Origin: Amoebophrya sp. A120
Lineage: Eukaryota; Protista; Dinoflagellata
NCBI GenBank assembly: GCA_905178155.1
Contig: CAJINV010000016.1
Span: forward strand, 496,001 to 560,000
Length of the DNA stretch: 64,000 nt
Direction of reading: 5' to 3'
A model generated the notes under the pieces. That model saw only the letters and a program-made list of their open reading frames with translations. It was not told the origin of the DNA and made no database searches. The position numbers and the translations under genes were made by a program. This document shows positions 59,901-64,000 of this stretch, one piece after another (position 1 is the first letter of the stretch; the number at the start of each line of letters is the position of its first letter).

Positions 59901-62900
59901 TTTCGCTCAGCGTGCCCGCTACACCGGAATCGTTCGGTTGTTCTTTCAATTGTCTCCTCGTTTTCTCCACTAATGACATTTTAGCTGTTTTCTTGCCAGA
60001 CGTCACCTCCTTGCTTTCCGAAGATTTCGCGGTTTTGACCGAGAAAAACAAATCCTTAGTACTTCCCTTTTCATCCGCGTCGTGATTGCCTTCGATTTTG
60101 AAGGAAAGAGAGTTTTTCTCTACCTGTTCGGAAGTTGTAATAGTGGATTTTTGAAGTTTCTTCGCCGCTGCTAATTCCGCCTTTTTCGCCTCCAGTTCCT
60201 GCTCCGCTTTTTTCCTCTTCGCTAGCGCCGAAACGGTTCCGGGGGTGGCGACCCCATTGGGGCCTATGGTCTGCGGCACTTCTTCTTCTTCTTCTTTTTC
60301 CGGGGCGTGTTGTTCGTCTTTTTTGTCTTGGTCCGTGTCACTGCTAGAAGAATTTTCTTCTACCTTCGCGCTGGGGGAAGCGGTGCTGTCGCTTGTGGAA
60401 GCGGCGACACCGGGGCTGACGGTGCTCGCTGCTGTATCCTGAGTAAAAACGTACCCACGCCAGAGTTGTAATGGAGATTTGCAAAGACAGGAAGACTTGT
60501 GATGCGCATCCCCATGAGAGCCATTTCCAATCGTGTTTTGGAATTTGTGATGCTGTGAACAGGATGAGCAGATGAATCTGTGATGCGGCTGCACTTGCTA
60601 ACCTGCACTACACTGCAGAGCGCAACTTGTCATGCGTGACTTACAAAACTCCTAGGTTTGTGTTGCAAAATCCCCATCCTGACTTTGGTGTGGGTACGTT
60701 TTTACATAGGATATGCTGAAGGACTGGCACTGGTTACCGCAGAACTCGGACTGACAGTACTAGCAGCTGCATCCGGAGCGGCGCTCGTAGCCGCAGCACT
60801 ACCGGGGCTGATACTGGTCGCTGCTGAGTTACTCGGACTGACGCTACTCGCTGCTGCACTCGCACCAGGACTGACGCTACTCGCTGCTGCACTCGCACCA
60901 GGACTGACGCTACTCGCTGCTGCACTCGCACCAGGACTGACGCTACTCGCTGCTGCATTCACACCACCGGGACTGACACTAGTAGCCGCTGCATTCACAC
61001 CGGGACTGATGCTGCTCGCTGCTGCATTCGCACCACCGGGACTGACGCTACTCGCTGCAGCATCCGGGCTGGCGCTTGTCGCGGCCGAGGCACTGCTACC
61101 GGGGCTGGCACTCGTCGCCTGATCGAAGTTTGAATTCACGATGATGGTCGTGCTGCTGTCGGGCTCCTGCTGTCCAACCGGAACAGCGGTGCTCGCGGTG
61201 GAGGAGCTGGATTCATCCGCTGTTTTCCCCTCATCGCCTGGACCGGTATCAACTCAAAAAGTGTCTGGGTCTGGAAGATTGCAACTTATCATGCTGCTTT
61301 TGGACTCTAAAAAAATTTGTAGTGCATGACCAGCAACAAGAGGGGCACAGCTTATGCTACCCGGACAGGGCATTTCTCATGCAGAAGGTGCACCACGAAG
61401 CCCTCTACAAGTCTGCGATGCTAGGTCATGCATTAAAGGCATCGTGGGTCATGAGAAATATGCATGACAAATCTTGCATTCGTCCAGACCCAGACATTTT
61501 TGCATTTGATAATCGGTCCCGACAGCCGACTGGTCTTCATTTTTTCCGTCGGCCGCACTCCCGTGCCACTTTCCATCGTGAACAACTGCGTTACTGTTGC
61601 TCGCGGGAGTTGAAGGAGACGTTGACTGCTGCTGCTGCGCAGTAGAAGAAGCGCCGGTACTACCGGTTGCAGTATTGCTACTCTCATTCGGAATAGACGT
61701 GGCAGGTGCTGCACCGTTAGGAGCGTTAGTCTGGCCTGCCGTTGCTCCTGTACTAGCTGCGTTTTCCTCTGCCGTCGTACCGTCGTCTTCATCTCCCGAG
61801 GTTGTACTACTGCTTGTGGAAAACGTCAGTGTCTTCGCGGTTTTCACCTTCGAAGATGCCCCCTCGTCCTGCGAGGAAGTACTACTGCTAGATGCGACGT
61901 CAGCATCAGAAGTTCTCTTCGTCGCCAGGGCTGGTTCCGCAGCGTCCGATCCGTCCGTGGTGAGGTCGACCTTGAGGAATTTTGACTGCAGGGAGTTTTT
62001 TCCGTGGATGTTTTCCTGCATTTTCTTCTCCAAAAATTCCTTCTCCTTCTCCACCTCGTCGTTCTTGTAGTTGTGCTGGATCGCCTCTTTCTGGTTTTCA
62101 TCTTTATTCTCCTCGACTTCTTCGTCCAAACCGATTTTCATGTGCTTTCTCTGCTGCATCTTAATCTGCTCGATCTCCCGCTCCGCTTCCCTTTTTGAGG
62201 CCTCGTTTTTCTTCCGGATCATGGTCTTTATGTCTTCTGTATGCACAGCAAACGTAGAATCGCAAAGTCTGGCGCATGAATTGCAATAGTACAAAGTTTT
62301 TCAAAATCGCAAATTGGAATACAAGCGACCGACCACAGTGCAGATAGTTTTCTTGTCTCAATATGCAACATTGCAATTCGCACGGCTTTATACGATTATT
62401 TTCCACCCGGCGCATACTCTTCCTTCTTTGCAAATGTCGTTTTCCTCTTCTCCGCCTGTTTCTTCCGGATCATGTCCAAATCTTTCTTCACCAACTGCTC
62501 CGGGGTCAGGTTTATCAACTGTAAAAATGTCTGGGTCTGGAAGAGTGTTAAACCTGTCATGCAGGTTTTCCATGACCCATGAGGTCTGGAATGCGGGACC
62601 TAGCATGACAGAGTCTGTGAGGTCTCTGCTATGCCTATCCTGCATGAGAAACTCCCTCCCAACTTGGTCGAAAGTGAACAGCATTTGGCCCTCATGCAAC
62701 ACAGATTTTCGCATTATTCGGATTTAGCATGACAACTTGCAATCTTCCAGACCCAGACATTTTTGCAATCCATAAGGTTTTCCTTCTTCTTAAACGCGCC
62801 CGGCCGTTCGTCTTCGGGTACATCCCCGGAGATCCCCTCTGAGATCTCGCTTGGCGTGTACGCGTGCATGTCGCCGGTTATTTGCTGCATCATGGGCGGG

Positions 62901-63136
62901 GCGTTGTGCCCAGTTGTCAGCTGTTCATGGTCCTGTCCATCGAGATTCAGCACCGCGGCAGACACAAAAGTGACTGCGACACAGGCGAGCGTGGTTAAAG
63001 GTTGATTCGTCTTTCGGGGGTTGAAAATTCTAGTACCGCCGCTTGCCGCTGTAGAGTTGTACGAGGGTCGTCGTGCTGTGCGGCATGACAAACCGCCGCC
63101 GCGGTCTTTTTCTTTTCTCCGCCGCGGCCGATGCAT
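53923..63136 (-). CDS. Large, probably secreted or surface low-complexity protein, multi-exon
   Basis: ATG 63136 with a hydrophobic segment LTTLACVAVTFVSAAVLNL. Acidic, His- and Ser-rich exons. The GT-AG intron 55396-57298 joins ...SIEE|VGNKIKTVNNV in frame. Confidence 0.6.
54390..54549. mobile_element. TIR introner family C (degenerate)
   Basis: TSD gattt. Confidence 0.8.
55470..57277. repeat. Tandem array of about 5.2 copies of a 351-bp unit with an internal ~40-bp inverted repeat, located in an intron
   Basis: The anchor ccgtgcggtttcgc..aaaagattgc recurs at about 55480, 55831, 56182, 56533, 56887 and 57238. Confidence 0.95.
59431..59738. mobile_element. TIR introner family B-variant
   Basis: TSD ttccg/tcccg. 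Confidence 0.88.
60435..60713. mobile_element. TIR introner family D
   Basis: TSD tgctg. Confidence 0.9.
60720..61110 (-). repeat. Coding minisatellite of 33-36 bp encoding (SVSPGASAAAS)n
   Basis: ggactgacgctactcgctgctgcactcgcacca repeated, with degenerate flanking copies. Confidence 0.9.
61247..61511. mobile_element. TIR introner family A
   Basis: TSD accgg/atcgg. Confidence 0.88.
62513..62774. mobile_element. TIR introner family A
   Basis: TSD aggtt. Confidence 0.9.
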
Positions 63137-64000
63137 CTTGTATTCTAATCTCGGCTCTTGATAGATTTAAGTTTTATCGAATGACGTCATTCTCCTTTTT
63201 GTAAAATCACAACAACTGTAAGTGGTCGGACACCTAGAAGTAGAAGAGGTCGGCACTTTTTTTGTGATTTTTCAGACTCAACAGTAGGACATGACTTCAC
63301 ATTGCATATCGCTCTGTCACGGTTCCTCTCCGTTTCGTGATCCATCAAAACCACTCAAGGGCTCGTCTGACTACTGCCGCCCAGAATAGTATTAGAGCCG
63401 TTCGGTGACCTCACTACATATCAACCAAGCTTGCTGCTCATCCCTCTGTCTCAGAAAGAAGAAGGGCGCACCAGAGCCCGTTTTTACGCAAAATCAACAA
63501 ATCTTGGCTCAACAAGTTCGTCCTGCTCTCAGAGACAGAGACAGACGGGTCTTGAACAAGAAAAAAGTGGAAAACTGCTCCGCGTCTCCTTCAATACCAG
63601 CCAGACCGGTGCAGCCTACTGGAAGACTGATATCTTGTCCATGTGTGTCTATTTCGCGTAAAACTGAGAGGAAAAACTGCGTTGCATTCAGGCACGAAAC
63701 GATTACGACTACCTGGATCTGTCGTCCTGAATTCGTGTTTCGTTGATTGTTCATTGAGTCTTAAATATTGTTGTCGGTAACTTGACGTTGTAATCTTGTC
63801 TAAAATAGTACGAGTACCATAGTACCTACTTACTTAAGTAATTGTCGAACTTCTGCTTCATCTTCAAACAAACAATGCCTTCTAAGAGGCACCTGGCTGC
63901 TCACAATGAGCTGCACCGTCTACTGTCCCACACTTCCTACTCCAAACACCGTCCCGCCCGGATCTGGTCCACGCAACAGGCGGGTGAAACTTTGGCCTGA

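Noticed and set aside
14-62727. Many ORF-track peptides with LPDPDIFAF / QTQTFLHL / MSGSGR / KNVWVWK motifs, suggesting a repeated protein domain
   Set aside because: These are translations of the family A TIR (cttccagacccagacat) in different frames, not proteins.
241-62774. CRISPR-like array of gtctgggtctggaag repeats
   Set aside because: The repeats are inverted pairs bounding dispersed elements at irregular spacing inside eukaryotic genes, and there are no cas genes.
1-64000. Autonomous transposase or reverse transcriptase for the elements
   Set aside because: No DDE, tyrosine-recombinase or RT motifs were recognised. The only nuclease is a housekeeping SLX1 with no evidence of linkage to the elements.

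Overview
Eukaryotic (alveolate-like) genomic DNA. The architecture matches what has been reported for the parasitic dinoflagellate Amoebophrya/Syndiniales; this assignment is inferred, not proven. About 10 protein-coding genes are present, all on the minus strand. They include an SLX1-type GIY-YIG nuclease, an intronless UDP-glycosyltransferase, a FAB1/PIKfyve PI3P 5-kinase, a GPH/MFS_2 sugar-transporter-like protein and several unknown low-complexity or secreted proteins. The dominant feature is about 57 short elements (150-330 bp, roughly 15 kb in total) in at least six sequence families. Almost all start with TAT and end with ATA, carry terminal inverted repeats (TIRs) and are flanked by a 5-bp target-site duplication (TSD). 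All sit inside coding sequence. Where checked by hand, removing the element plus one TSD copy restores the reading frame, so they behave as non-canonical, orientation-independent introner introns. All families share a densely repeated internal TTGTNATGC/GCATNACAA motif. The window also has a 351-bp hairpin-containing tandem array inside a GT-AG intron and several GC-rich intergenic islands.
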